The notes beneath the pieces are model-generated. The model was given only the letters and a program-made list of their open reading frames with translations. It was not told where the DNA came from and did no database searches. The position numbers and the translations under genes were made by a program. Shown here in pieces: positions 40,398 to 55,034 of a stretch of DNA of 64,000 bases. Each line of letters starts with the position of its first letter. The stretch's first letter is position 1. Origin of the DNA: the human T2T-CHM13v2.0 reference genome, Homo sapiens; assembly GCF_009914755.1 (NCBI RefSeq), contig NC_060926.1; one strand, 5' to 3'.

Positions 40398-40852
40398 TGT
40401 AGTAGATTGTATTATATCCTTCCAAAATTCATATGTTGAAGTCTTAGCCCTCAGTACCACAGAATGTAAGCTTATTTGGAAATAGAATTGTAGATGTAAT
40501 TAGTTAAGATGAGGTCACTAGGCTGGGCGCTAATTCAATATGGTTGTATCATTATATAAAGAGGAAATTAGGACACAGAGATGTACACTCAGAGAGACTG
40601 CTCTGTGAAGGTGAAGGCAGAGATTAGGGTGATACTTCTGTAAACCAAGGAATGCCAAGCTTGCCAGCAGACCTCCAGAAGCCAGGCAAGAGGCATGGAA
40701 CAGATCCTCTTTCACAGTCGTTAGAAGGAACAAACCCTGCTGACACCTTGGTCTTGGATTTATAGCCTCCAGAACTATGAGACAATGCATTTCTGTTGTT
40801 AAACCACTCCATTTGTGGTACCTTGTTAAGGTAGCCCTAGCAGACTAATATA
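40398..40852 (+). mobile_element. MLT1C-like solo LTR
   Basis: CAAAATTCATATGTTGAAGTC...TAATTAGTTAAGATGAGGTCA...CCAAGGAATGCCAA...GCCCTAGCAGACTAATATA; flanks TTTGC and TCTGC. Confidence 0.88.
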
Positions 40853-43227
40853 TCTGCTTTCCAAATATAGGGTTATATTGTAGAAATTGTCTTGTGATAT
40901 GTGTTGTTCACTTTAACACGTCATGAGCATCTCTTTAGATCATGTATTTTAAACAAGGGGATTGCCATGCTGTGAACAGGAAGGTGGAATGTGGAGCTGG
41001 AGCTGCTCAAGGCCCCCTTCCTTGGAACAGGCTGGGTCTGGGAAGCTGTAGAAGTCATGGAGTAGTTCTGGCTATGGGATGTGACCAACATGGGTGCTGG
41101 CATGGTGGGCAGGGACTCAGGGCAGCTCTTCACTGTGTAACTCCTGGAGGCCCCTCAGGTACCAGCATGCACAGAGCTTTGCTGTAGGAGAAAAAACATT
41201 TTCTCCCTCACAGTCTGTGTGATATAAATAACATAAGCACTGGCTGAATAGCTAGGTCCCTGTTAAGTTTTTAGGAAAAACAACTTCAAACTAATAAGCA
41301 ATCACATTTCAAGAGTGGAGGAGTTTCCACAGTCTAGGAATTTCTTTGACTTTCTGGTACTTCACATAAAACCAGCCCACCATGGTAAGAATGCAACCCT
41401 CTCTCACACTGAGGGATTCTTGTTCTGCGGGAACCAACATCTGACGTAAGTGGCTATGGAGTTTAGCCCTGTGAACATTTTCGAGATGAGTGTCAGTTTG
41501 CAGGGATTAGGGTGAGGATGGTTTGTACTTTCAGGGGAAATGGCAATATCTATGTACAGTTTCCACTAACCATAGTTTCCATGGTGTCTAAATAAAGATC
41601 CAATTTTGAATGAATTCTAGGCAACAGCAAATTGAATAATATTCTCAGGGCATTTTAAATGCCTTCTAGGCCCAGCCTTCCCAAAGCTTAAAAAGTTCAT
41701 ATGGTAAGTCACATGCCAGGAATTTTCTACATATTCATGGCATTCTTGGAGTGATTTATTCATGAAATGGAGCAGCCATGGAAAGCTAGGCAGATGTTGC
41801 TTCTTTTTAAGGTCACTGGTCTGAAGCAGTGTACACTGTGTATGGAGATTGAAATAGGAAGGTTTATTTAGGGAAAAAACATATTTTGCTAGTCTATCAA
41901 GTAATATTTTATTTTTCCAAAAATGGTAAGAATTTGGTCCTATTGAATTATCAGCAAAACATAAGAATAGCTAAGATAGTCTGACATTGAGTTATATTTC
42001 TGAATTGACTGTTTATTTTGACACTTATGTCAACTCTATTTGCTTTTCAGCTTTAAATTTGTCTTTCAGGTTTTTAAAAGTCGCAAGTATACTTTTAAGC
42101 CATAATAATCACTTCATTAACAGAATGGGTCCATGACTAGTCAATCCTTTGTTTAAGATTTAAGGATATCTTCCAAACTATGGCATAAAACTCCTGTGAT
42201 TATGTACGCTTGGCCATACGACTAGAATAAAATGCATTTAGATGATTATATTTCATTAAATCAATCTATAGACCAAAATCTAAATAACTCTATTTTTCCT
42301 TTTTTATTCCCTCAAAATATTGTGTATGGTAGACAATTCATTACATGAGGCTTTGTGATGCTTATAACTTCTGAACTATGGATCTGGTTTTCTTTAGGGA
42401 TGGAGAGAAAGGTGATCTTTTAAGGAGACTGGTGCCAAGAAGCTAAGGGAACATTGGATGTGTCAGTGCCTGAGCCAAACTAAATCTTTTGCATTTTGTA
42501 AAGTTTGCTAACCCAGTTTGCAAAATCTGGGCTTATGTTAATTGTCTTTCTTACATCATCAACCTGTAATAATGGAAAAACAGAAAATAAGTAATAATTT
42601 GTGCAATGTTAGAGTAATTCTTATTTAATCTCTGTAATTATGTAACTATAGAATTTTTATTTCTTGGCTCACTTAGTCCATGGAGATGTTATTTCATGGC
42701 TAGAGGAAATTAAGAAAGGTTTTGGAGTAAGCACAATTTCAAGGAACCAATTTAACCATTTTGTGTGGTGCTTAGAATTTGAGAGTGACACATGAGCCAT
42801 AAATTCAACTTGGGCTGATTAAACATCTGCTATTATGGGATAAACTCTGAAAGAAAAAAATAATTATTTCCATAGCTAAATATAGAGGTGAAGGAAGGTG
42901 TATGAGTGAAGTAGCATGATAGAAACTTTCAGGCAAAGGAATTCTATTTTGCCTTAGAAGAACCCAATAGTATAAAATCCATCATGAGAAAATTTGAGGT
43001 TGCCATGTAATTCAGTCTTCCATTTTCCCACAATATGTCATTCCCATTACTTGATCTGTGAAAGTGAAATGAGGCTGGAGTAGGAGAAAGTGGAGATACT
43101 TGGGTTTAATCATTTCTAAGATTACTAATATTCTCTGCTTTTATATTTAAGTACATTAAATGTGTTTTTTAGAATATTTGAGAGAATGTGTCCACAATAG
43201 CTTTTTCTTCCAGATCCACAAGCATTA

Positions 43228-43618
43228 AGTTAATATAGGCTAATGGCTATAATAAATAGCCCCAACCTTTAAATGGCTTAACATAAAAGAAGTTTATTTT
43301 TCTTTTGTTTCATAGTTCTATATGAATCAGTGTAGAGCTCTGCTCCATGTGGTCACTCAAGGACCCAGGGTCGTTCCCTTTTGTGGCTCCACCATTTGCT
43401 AGGTGCTCGTCTTCCTCTGCATTCAGCTGCACACATGGGGAGAGTGATGGAATGTGGAGAAGGCATATTCACTCTTAACTGCTGTGCCCTGGAGGTGATG
43501 CACTTCACTTCTACTTACATTGCATGGCCTGGAACTCAGTTCGATGATTTTCTCTAATTTCAAAAGAGGTAGGAATGTAGTCTGACAGTGGGACCAGAAG
43601 AAAATACTCTCTGCCACA
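43228..43618 (-). mobile_element. MLT1J-like LTR
   Basis: TGGCTTAACATAAAAGAAGTTTATTT...GGTCACTCAAGGACCCAGG...CTCTGCCACA. Confidence 0.7.
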
Positions 43619-43745
43619 ATATGCAGTAATTTTCAAATAAATATAAACGAGTGAAAGGAACTTGATATTAAAGACAATATAAGATATATTTAATATTTAG
43701 GTTTTACAGTGCTTATTGTTATGAATATGAAGTCTGTACCATAGG

Positions 43746-43910
43746 TTCATTCATTTATTTATTCATCAAATATTTACTGAGTGCCTGCTGTGTGCCACTG
43801 TGCTAGGCACTGCTCCAGTGTGAGCCAGATGGTCATAGTTCCTGAATTCATCAAGCTAACAGTTTAATGGCAGAGACATATGCTAATTAATGTATGATTT
43901 CAAACTATCC
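43746..43910 (-). mobile_element. L2 3' fragment
   Basis: TTCATTCATTTATTTATTCATCAAATATTTACTGAGTGCCTGCTGTGTGCCA. Confidence 0.75.
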
Positions 43911-46139
43911 AGATGCACTTTTGTGGTAGTTCTGGGTAGTACAATGCCACATGAAGAATGTTCTCTCGATTTCCCTTTAAATATCTTTGTCACTTCTCAT
44001 CATAATTTCTCAGTTATTTAATTAATTTTGTATTTCTCTATTACCATTTCTTCCATTTCTCCAGACTCAGTCATTTTCAGAGTATGTAGTAGATGATTGT
44101 CATTCCCTAGGGATTATTAGTGGAAATGGAGGGTTGTCTTTACTTGGAGTTGAGTTTGAGCCAGTTGTGTCATTTTATACCCTTTGATAAGTATTTTTAA
44201 ATGAAAATCCTTTTATTTTAATCCCTTTATAACTCTTACTGTGAACATATAAAAAATGTTCTATTCTGTAACTTGGGCCTCTTCTTGCACAAAACAACCT
44301 TAAGAGGTGAATAACTCAAACTGCTGGGACAGCCTACTGGTGATTCTGGCAGAACAAAGCCTGTCTGGGAACGGGCCAGTCAGCTTCCTACCCTAGCACA
44401 GGTGCTAAGAAGCCTCACATGACTGCATCCACCCTAGACACAACCCGCCACAACTGCTTTAGGTGAGGTTTTCTCAAGGAATGCCCCAGCGTGAGAAGGG
44501 ATTCAAGGGCATTTTTCCACAGCCCATAACTCTACTGTCTGATTTCACTATTAGAACAGGGAAGGTTGTATTAGTCCAGTTAGGTATACAAGTTTGGGAA
44601 TGGGTTAGCAGTTTGGTTGTCTGGTGCCTTTTATTTTTGGAGGTACCCAGATATGAGGAGACATCCCCAGGTAACTATATAATAAGGGAAAGATTGCCTT
44701 TTCTCATAGACTCTTTCTGAATGTGTCCAGTCTCCCCAGGGTGGAGGGGCTTGGAATGGGGGTGGGGGCAGCTGTGATGTTGAGTTCAAAATTAATCGAT
44801 TCTCTCTTGAGGTCCCAGCAGCCTGGAGGCAAAATTGGAATCTACGAAGATTGCTAGAGAATCTTCTCTCTGGGACCAAATGAGAAACTAAATTTACAAT
44901 AATCCTTTAAGAAGAAAAATAATCCCAAGGGCCTTTGATCCTTGCTGTGTACAATTGGAATCACCATAGAATAAAAAAATCTTAAATATGAAGAATTCAG
45001 TGACCTCAAACTTTGCTGATGTTCACAGCTGACACTGAATTCAAACAAAATAAGCAAACCTTAGAAAAAAGAAGCCCTCTGCAAAAATGACCTTAAGATG
45101 GTGGTGAACTCCCCTTTTTCAGAAAAGCCAGAAATGAATGAAACTATAGCTTAACTATTAACATTTCATCATGAGCTTTGTCTCTTTGACATATGGGAAT
45201 TATCATTTATGAAAAGATGCCCATCTGTAAGGAATGAGATAGACTATCTGTGGAATATTAAAGGTGATAAGACTATGTCTGGTATTAATTGAAACATTTT
45301 TGGGCTACATCTCATCTCCAGAGAAATAACTTTTTTCTGTAGCTTCGAGAGTTGCAGCTTACTTTTATTACATTTATAGGCACATACACACGCACAGACA
45401 CACACACTATATTTAAGTGAGGGAAATGGGAATTCTAGTACCTGGGATGTTTAAAAGATGTTTCCAATAAAAAGTTTAAATTCCTTGGATGTTTCTTAGG
45501 TATTTTGGGAAAAATCAATCACGTGGTAAATGGCTTCATATTGGAATAATATAATGGTTGTCAACTTGCAACTACTTCTGTCAAAAATTAAATGATAAAC
45601 GTTTTCCATTGGAATTTTTTTGTTGCAAGGGATTTTTTTATTTTCTTTTTGTGAAGAAGAGCCTTTCTAAAATCTAAAGTAAAATTCAGAATAAAATCTT
45701 TCTGAGTGTGAAGAGACTAAATTTTATTTGGTATAAATATGGTTGCTGTTTTTGTTTAAACAAGACTGTTAAAATCTATGTTTGTCCAGTATTTCTGGGG
45801 CCCTAAAGTTGTGATTTTTGCTCAGATTATAGGTTATCATCATCATCACCAATTGGGACGTTAAAGGGGGGAAAATGGAGACGGCAATGCAGGTTTTGTT
45901 TTTTTTGATTTGTTTTCTTAACTTTTCCTTCAGCATAATTAATTCCTCTCTGGTTTCTTGAATGTTTTCTTTCTTTTTTTTTTTTTTGAAGCACATGTTA
46001 TATGATTTTAAAATTTGTTAAAAAGTTTTGTTACTTAGATGACTTTGTAAAATTGTTTGCTATCACTATTCCTACTAGATGTATTATTTGTGGGTCTGTA
46101 GAAGATATTATGTAAACAAAAATCTGATATGGTCTATGA

Positions 46140-46194
46140 TGTGTGTGTGTATGTAATGTGTGTTTGTGCATATGTATATGTGCATTATGCATGT

Positions 46195-46243
<49 letters not shown>
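46140..46243. repeat. (TG)n microsatellite; perfect run 46199-46243 with degenerate 5' extension
   Basis: About 22 perfect units. Confidence 0.95.
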
Positions 46244-46244
<1 letters not shown>

Positions 46245-46894
46245 TTTCTGGTAGCTAAAGCCCAAAAGTGGAAAATTTAATTTTTATATTTATTGATATC
46301 CATTGGCTGTCAGGTGATGGCCAAGTCTTTTGAATTATAAACTTTTGTATGTAAGTTAAAAACATTTACAATAATCTATAGAGCTTTTTTTCAAATTGCT
46401 CAATATTTAGGTTTTCTGCTTGCTGGTTTAGTCAACAGAAAATCTAGTCAGAAAGGTCACGGAGGCTCCTGAAGTGGACCAAGGAACCTCTGTCATAAAC
46501 CCTGAAGGTGAGTCCGCACATGAAACCTGCTCTTCCATCGGGCACTGAGTTTCCTCAGACTCAGGAAGGTGTCCATTTTCAGCCAGCCCCTTGAAGGAAG
46601 CAGTGCAGTGGACTCTGGCTTTAGAGCTGAAGGCCTGGTTTTGAGAATTGCATCAACATTTTTATTAATTGTATGTTTTAGAAAATGTACTTATTTTTAT
46701 TTCTTTTCAATTGAATAAAACTTTCCATAAACCATAGATAATAACTTACTGCACAGAATTTTATTAGGAATGAGTGAAACAAAGGTGGTAAAAGTATGAT
46801 AAAGTTCTCCAAATATGCTAGGTGGTGGTGGTGTTTTTTTGTTTGTTTTTTTTTTTTTTGTAATATCACCTCTTCCATTGGCCCTGTTTGGTTT

Positions 46895-47475
46895 CTATTC
46901 ATTTACTCAGCAGAGATATATTGAATCCCTACCAGTGGCAGACCCTGAGCAGGTCCTGGGTTGTAGTGGCCACCCCCAACCCAGAGCTAATGGTCCAGTG
47001 GGAAATCTGACTGTAAAGAAACACATTAGCCAATACATAGTCATGCCTGGTGATAGAAGCTAAGGTGGAAAAGTGATCGGTTTTAGGAGAGAGTGTAATA
47101 GAGACTTAATTTGGATCATGAGTCAGGGAAGGCCTGTTTGAGGAACTGACATTGCATTTGATGTTGGATTATAAGGAAGCCTTGGGTGGATGAAGAGCAG
47201 GCAGAATGTCTTCTCAGTTGAGGAAACATTAAGTGCTATTACTCTGGGATGGAAAGCAAGTTTAAAAGGCTGAAGGGATACAGAAGCAGCCAGGCAGGAG
47301 TGGCTGAAGCATAGTGAATTGGAGGGGCCCAGGGGGTGAATGACAAAGGATAAATCTGCAAACACAGTCATAGTCTAGACCATATTAAAGGTTTGGGTTT
47401 TATTGCAAATTCAGTTGGAGGCCATTACAATATCTGGAGCAGGTGAGTGGCACAAGCCGATTTATGTTTAAAAGA
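46895..47475 (-). mobile_element. L2 fragment
   Basis: ATTCATTTACTCAGCAGAGATATATTGA...GTCAGGGAAGGCCT...TTTGGGTTTTATT. Confidence 0.6.
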
Positions 47476-47630
47476 GTATAAGCCCTAAATATAAGCCATA
47501 TCAAGAGCCATGCTGTAATATAGATTATTTAGAAGCTTAATGACTCTTGTAGAAATATAGATGCTCATCATAAACATTCAAACAATTTATGAAAGTCCAC
47601 AAAGGAAGGCAAAATTAATTGTGAATACCA

Positions 47631-47922
47631 GGCCGGGCACAACGGCACATGCCTGTAATCCCAGCACTTTGTGAGGCTGAGGTGGGTAGATGACTTGTGG
47701 CTAAGAGTTCGAGACCAGCCTGGTCAACATAGAGAAAACCAATCTCTACTAAAAATACAAAAATTAGCCAGGTGTGGTGGTACATGCCTGTAATCCCACC
47801 TACTTGGGAGGCTGAGGCAGGAGAATCTCTTGAACCCAGGAGGTGGAGACTGCAGTGAGCCAAGATCATGCACTGCACTCCCACCTGGGCAACACAGTGA
47901 GACTCTGTCTCAAAAAAAAAAA
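47631..47922 (+). mobile_element. AluS (Sz-like) SINE
   Basis: Full dimer; TSD AATTGTGAAT(A/C)CCA at 47617-47630 and 47923-47936. Confidence 0.95.
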
Positions 47923-50534
47923 AATTGTGAATCCCATCATTCAGAGAAAATCACTCTTAACATTTGCACACATGCTTACAATTTTATATATATATATATT
48001 CAGATGATCAAAAAAATATTGTTTTATTCTCCAGTGACCTGAATAAAAACTTCACATATTGTGGTCTTATTTCCATGACAATAGTGAGACACATCAATAT
48101 GTCTGATGGATGCTTAGCTGTGAATTACTCTAATTGGTTTAGTCAATTCCCTATTGATGACTTTCAGCTTTTTCCCATTTGTTGCTAATATACTGATGTG
48201 GTGAAGCATCCTTGTGAATCTTTTGTGCGTGGATATATTTCATATATGCAATTACCTAATTAAAGCAAATATCTAAAAGGGAAAATGCTGGATTATGGAC
48301 TTTGTACATTTGAGGTTTTCATGCCTGTTGCCAGTCATCTGCAATTTACTTTAGGAAATCATGTGAAGAAGAATCAGAATTTTTTTCTTCTCTAGATGAA
48401 GAGTCAATTATCTTATTCACTGAAAAAGTAGGGTGCAATTTTAAAGCAACACAATTATCAATTTTACTCTTCGCAAATTTAAGACTTCTTTCTCTCATTC
48501 ATTTTCCCTGTATACAGGCCCATTTCTCTCACTGGACTATAAACTCCTTGTAATCATAGTAATGTAAGCTTTAGGTCAATCCCAAACTCCTGTCCCAGCT
48601 TGGACTACTTGACAGTTGTACAACCAAAGGCAATGGATTATTACAGTGGCTGTCGTTTATCTTTAAAATACTTCAGCATAGATGATACCATGGATACCAT
48701 GTGTGAATGAGCGTAAATTGGTTTTAATCCATGCCTAGTTAACATGTAAAATATCCTAATTCAGAGTACATGCCACCAGGGATGCTTAGTTAGCATGTGA
48801 AAAACTGTAGTCAGAATTTCACTTTCTGAAGGCGTTGGCTACAAGCCTTCAACTACCACTATCTCAATTCACATTAGAGTGTTTTCAATTAATATAGCAC
48901 CGTAGAAATTCTATTTCATTGGTGAAACAGATAAACAGATTCTGTACTAGATATGTGGATTGGTATACTGTGAGACATGTGAGAGGCCTCTGGCACATTT
49001 ACCCTCAATGCAGACTTAGAGGCACTCGGGTCCTCCAGTTCTTCTCTGTGCCTTCTGCTGTTGAGAATTTCTGATCCAAATCTGATGAAAATAGAAGCTC
49101 AGTTGAATCCAGCTTCTGTGATATTGCCTTACTAGTCTGGAGTGGCTTTTTCATGCAAAGCCCTCTCTTAATAGTCTAATGGGCCAGAGGTGGGACAAGA
49201 TCAATCTTCCAAAAATAGGTTTTACAATGGTTTCTGTAGACACTTGGTAATAACTGTTTGGAAGGATTGCTGAATATGGTCTGAGACTTGCTTTCTTTGT
49301 ACCATACAGTAACCTGGAACAAGATATCTACCAGAAAGAATCTGCCAGCTGTACAGATCAATTCACAATGCTGGGAATACCTTGGAAGTCACTTTCTTTC
49401 TCTCTTTTTATGGAAGCATTCAGCCAGGGGACCTTCAGCTACTCAAAACTGCTGAGCTGCCTTGTAGCCTTGGGCAGGCAGTTGGCTGAATTGAGGTTGG
49501 TCACAGAACTCTCCCTGTGCTCCATTCTTCTTAAAATAAAAAGCTCATACCAAAAATCATGGCAGGTATGCAAATATTACTACAGTTTTCATGGGGAGAT
49601 GTGATTGTCAAGTCACAGGCAGAGCTTAAGCAAGCTTCCCTTTAAACACCGTTCTCTCTCGCCAGTCTTGTCTCCACCCTCTCTCTTCCCTTTCTCATTT
49701 TCCATTTACTGTTTGATTTTCTTTCCACTTTCCTATTTTTATAAGGCCTCAAAAGTCCCATTTATTTATGGTCCACACCCTTGCAGTGAAACTAAATTGT
49801 TGCTCATAAATGCCCATTGGCACCATGGAACTATTCTTGTATAAAAGAGGAGAACTGGAGTTATTTCATTATTTCCCCTCAGGCAAGAAATTTCAGAACT
49901 ATAGAGCATTCATTCCGCACGCAGGGCATGTTTTGCCCAGAATTTTGCTTCATTGCTGCTCAGCCCACCATGAAGCCCCCTTATGTTGCCTCCTCACATC
50001 TTAGGGCAACTAAAGCCTGTTAGCAGTGTTGAAAACAGGGCAAAGGAAATATGTTCCAGGGAGGGGAAGTATTTCCCAGGCCGTAGAGTCTGCATTCCAT
50101 TTCCTTGAGAGTGGTGTCAGCAAACAATTCAGAGTGTGAAAAAGACATTTTGTATCATGTTTACAGGGCCCTTGGATGCACTTTTTTAATTTTTTTTTAT
50201 TTTTTATTTTTTTAGGGGTATGAGCTTAGCTGTCCTTAAGATCTTTTGATTAGCATGTGGAGACCAAGCCACTTTAGGCCCGGCCTAGTGCAGTCTGTAA
50301 AGAACTGACCATGGTACGAATATTCCCTCCTTGACTCCTGCGATATGCTTTAACATTTTAATTCCGTGCTTCTCATGCTCACAACAGTGACTTCTCATGA
50401 ACAGTAGGCATCTCACGAAGTGCAGTATGGTTTGCACTTTAATTATAATAGCTACATTTCTTGACCACTTGGGTTCTTTTTGTTTCTCCTAACCTCACAA
50501 GTTGGATAATATGTAATGTGGGGAGGGTGTTTGT

Positions 50535-50765
50535 TCTAGTGGTTAAGGACACGGGGAAAGAATCCTGATTTTGCCACCCGCCCACTCTGTACCGTTTGAT
50601 GATTGCAAACACTTCTAAATCTTAGTTGCCTCGTCTGTAGAATGGGTGTATTAACAATACTTACATTACAGGATGGTTGTGAAATACAAATTAGATAATA
50701 TACATGAAACATATACATAATATAAATAAAGTGTCTGGTAAGTAATTCAATAAATGATAGTTATC
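50535..50765 (+). mobile_element. MIR
   Basis: CTAGTGGTTAAG...CCTCGTCTGTAGAATGGG...CAATAAATGATAG. Confidence 0.7.
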
Positions 50766-50889
50766 ATCATCTTCATCACTTAAAATGACAGAGTTGGGAA
50801 GTGGGATTCCTGGGATTCAAACCCAGACCTAACTTCTAAGCTTATGTATTTGGGATTGTGTTTTATGAGAAAGACAACAGTGAATCAGA

Positions 50890-51090
50890 GCTAACATTTC
50901 ATTTTGAGCTCTAGAAAGACTTGCTGGGTACTGTCATAAGCACACAGACTTATTAACCTCTCTTGTAGTCATGACAACCCTATGAGATTGGTATAACTGT
51001 CATCATTTTCCACATTTGGAGATGGAGAAACTGAGGCCCAGGGAGGTTAAGTAGCTTGCTCAAGATTCCTGCTGCTAAGTGGCAGTAGCG
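50890..51090 (-). mobile_element. MIR
   Basis: ACAACCCTATGAG...GATGGAGAAACTGAGGCCCAGGGAGGTTAAGTAGCTTGCTCAAG. Confidence 0.75.
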
Positions 51091-51509
51091 AGCCACCACC
51101 TGCCTGGAGAATGCAGGCACTGAGCCACTTGCAGTGCTCTGCCACCTTTGTGAGTCCCATTCTTGGACCGGACACTTCATTGCTCAGAATTCTTTCCTGA
51201 AGTAGGGATGGTTTCCGTGCAGCATGGTGGAGTTCTTGCAGTGTGGGAGCCTGAGCCAAGTAAGCAGGCTTCAAAAGTTGGCAGGACGGTGTCCCAGGGT
51301 TCTCTTAGCAAACAGAAAGAATTTACCCTCCTGTTGGAAAAAAGAAAGATGGGGAATTCATGGAACACAAGTTGGGTCCAAAGCTGGTGGCCACTAGGGA
51401 AGGGAAATTTTGAGTAGAGTTATCTTGTCAATTAAGTGGATTTCTCCCTGACTTAGCTTGGGGCTAATGCCTGCATGGGAAGCAGGGACCATGTAAGACA
51501 ACGAGATTA

Positions 51510-51700
51510 ATAACTCACATTTATTACAGCTCTGTATGAGTCATCTTATATAATTATCATGACAAACATTGAAGTAGTTGTTATATTTGTACCCATTTAT
51601 CAGATGGGAAATCTGAGGCACAGAAAAGTTTAAACTTGTGCCCGTGGTCACAGTTCTGGAGTGAGGGTCTTGACAGGCAGACTCCAAAGTGCTCTCCAAT
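51510..51700 (-). mobile_element. MIR
   Basis: CCCATTTATCAGATGGGAAATCTGAGGCACAGAAAAGTT. Confidence 0.65.
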
Positions 51701-52108
51701 TCTGTGGATGTGATGATGGCACAGTGAAGCCACTCGGACCACAAAGCATCAGAGCAACCACGCCATGAGGGACATGACTTTTCCAAGCAAGCATTCCAAG
51801 GAATTTTCTGAAAGAGCCAGGAATTGACATGGAGGTGGGGAAGTTTTGCACATTCTGAGGTCTTATCAGTAAGAGAAATAACTAAATTAGCTGAATAAAG
51901 CTTTCCCTTTGTTTCTCTTCCATTCCAAGGTGGTGAGGCTTGAGGAAACATGATAGAGAGGAAATGATTTAGTCAGAGGTTGTACATGGAGAATCATACT
52001 TTTGTTTTCCTCAATAAGGCCATGCCATCAGTAGATGAAGCACTTTAAAGAGGGCACATCCTATATATCTTTCAACTTTCAGGGAGAAAATGTTTCTGAG
52101 AGTAGAAA

Positions 52109-52304
<196 letters not shown>

Positions 52305-54219
52305 GAGTAGAAAAATTATAATGGGGATTCTGCTATCCTTTGGGAGGGAAATGGTAATAATTTAGTGATGTGGCTGGAAGGATCATGTTTCTTTTCTCTG
52401 AAGCATCATTCTGACTTAGGGGAGTTCTTAATTATTAAGATAATGCCAGACCAATAAACCAGCTAGCCCTAGTGTGGTCAATAATAATTCTATCAGAAAA
52501 GCTTGAAATCATTTGCTGTTTGTGATTTCATAGCAAATAAAACTTTTCCCATCAGGTGTTTTAAATAACATAGTTTGACTCCAAGGTCTGCATACAATGT
52601 TTTCTTTATGCTAAATTAGTTTGCTTAAGAAGTGTCCAAGATAGGTAAAGTGAAAAGCATTACTCCCAAGAATCAAACCAACACAACCACTTAAAACCTA
52701 ATAAAAATGTATTTGACTAAGACAGGGAATAGAACCTCATTATTCTAGCAAAAGTTTAGTTTGTGTTTTATTTCACTTAGCTTCATCTTTCTGTGGACCA
52801 TAAATAAGAAATGCCAAGTAATAAATACACTATACAAAATGCATTTTAATAATCCTAAAGGGCTTCATTACTGTGGTTACAACCTGCAGATGTAAATTAT
52901 GGCTGATACTCTAGCCTTCATTTATCAACTTCAGAGGTTCTGTTTTTTCTGCTGTAAATGCTATAGGATTATGCTAACTATTTACAGAATAAATTAACTT
53001 GATGTAGCTAAATGGAATTTCATTGCTTTTAAATATCTAAAAGATAATATCAAAATCTTCAAGGAATATATCATAATACATAATTTTGTGTGGCTTTGGA
53101 TTTTTTAAAACTGAAAACAATCCATACTGCAAGGTAATAAATTGGGAAGTTACCCAAGAGAAACCAAACAGCTGTTTTCAATAATGCAGGTAAATTCTAG
53201 TCATAGGAAAATCTCTATTACTGCCTGAGCTATTGGAAAAGTTTTGTGCATTAAACAGGCCTTGAGACTAGCAGAGAAATCCCTTATGCAATCTAGACCC
53301 AAACCACTGTTCTTTTTTTGTTTTGTTTTCTGGTCTACATTTTTACCTTCCATTTCAGTGAATCTGGAATTTGGAATAGGTGGTGCATCAGAAAAAAAAA
53401 AAAAACTATATGCCACTGTGTATTTTTTTGTTTTTAATCTTTTAAATTATTTTGCTTTATTTATTTTTTTGTTATAACTAACACATAATATTTGTACATG
53501 TTTATGGGATACAGTGTGAGGTTTCAATATATGTATACATCATATACTGATCAAATCAGGGTAGTTGGCATGTCAATCACCTTAAATCTTTATCATTTCT
53601 TTGTGGTGATAGCTTTCAAGATCTATATTGAAATATACAATACGTTGTTATTAGCTGTAGCTACCCTACTGTGCAATAGAATACCCAAATTCATTCTTCC
53701 TAATTAACTGTAACTTTGTACTCATTGGCCAATCTCTATCCATCTTCCCCTCCTTCCTTCCCTTCCCAGCCTCTGGTAACCACTACTGTATTCACTACTT
53801 CTGTGAGATCAACTTTATTAGATTTCACATATGAGTGAGATCATGCATATTTGTCTTTCTGTACCTGGTTTATTTCATTTACATTATATCCTCCAGGTTC
53901 ATCCATGTTGCTGCAAATGACAAGATTTTCTTCTATTTTTAGCAGAATAATATTTCATTGTGTATCTATACATTTTCTTTATTCATTCATCTGTTAGTGG
54001 ACACTTAGATTGATTCTATCTCTTGGCTATTATTCATAATGCTACAATAAATGGGAGTGCAGTTATCTTTTTGACTTAACTAATTTCAATTCTTTTGAAT
54101 ATACACCCAGCAGTAGAATTGCTAGGTCATATGGTAGTTCTATTTTCAATTTTTGAGGAATCTCCATACTGTCTTCTGTAATAACTGTACTACTTTACAT
54201 TCCTACCAACAGTGTATAA

Positions 54220-54719
<500 letters not shown>

Positions 54720-55034
54720 ACATTTGTATATATATTTTTTTACCTTTTTGATTACAACCATTTTAACGGGAGAGGTAACATCTCACTGTGGTTTTGATTT
54801 GAATTTCCCTGGTAATTAGTGATGTTGAGCATTTTGTTATATACCTGCTGACTGTATGTCTTCTTTTGAAAAATGACTATTCAGATATTTTGCCTATTTT
54901 TAATTGGATTATTTGTTTATTTATTTGCTGTTGAGTTCCTTACATACCCTGGGTATTAACCCCTTGTCAGATGCATAGTTTACAAATACTTTCTCTCATC
55001 CTGTAGGTTCTCTTTGCTTTGTTGATTGTTTCCT

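Noticed and set aside
42876-42885. Isolated MEF2 consensus CTAAATATAG
   Set aside because: Single AT-rich motif without supporting context; expected by chance
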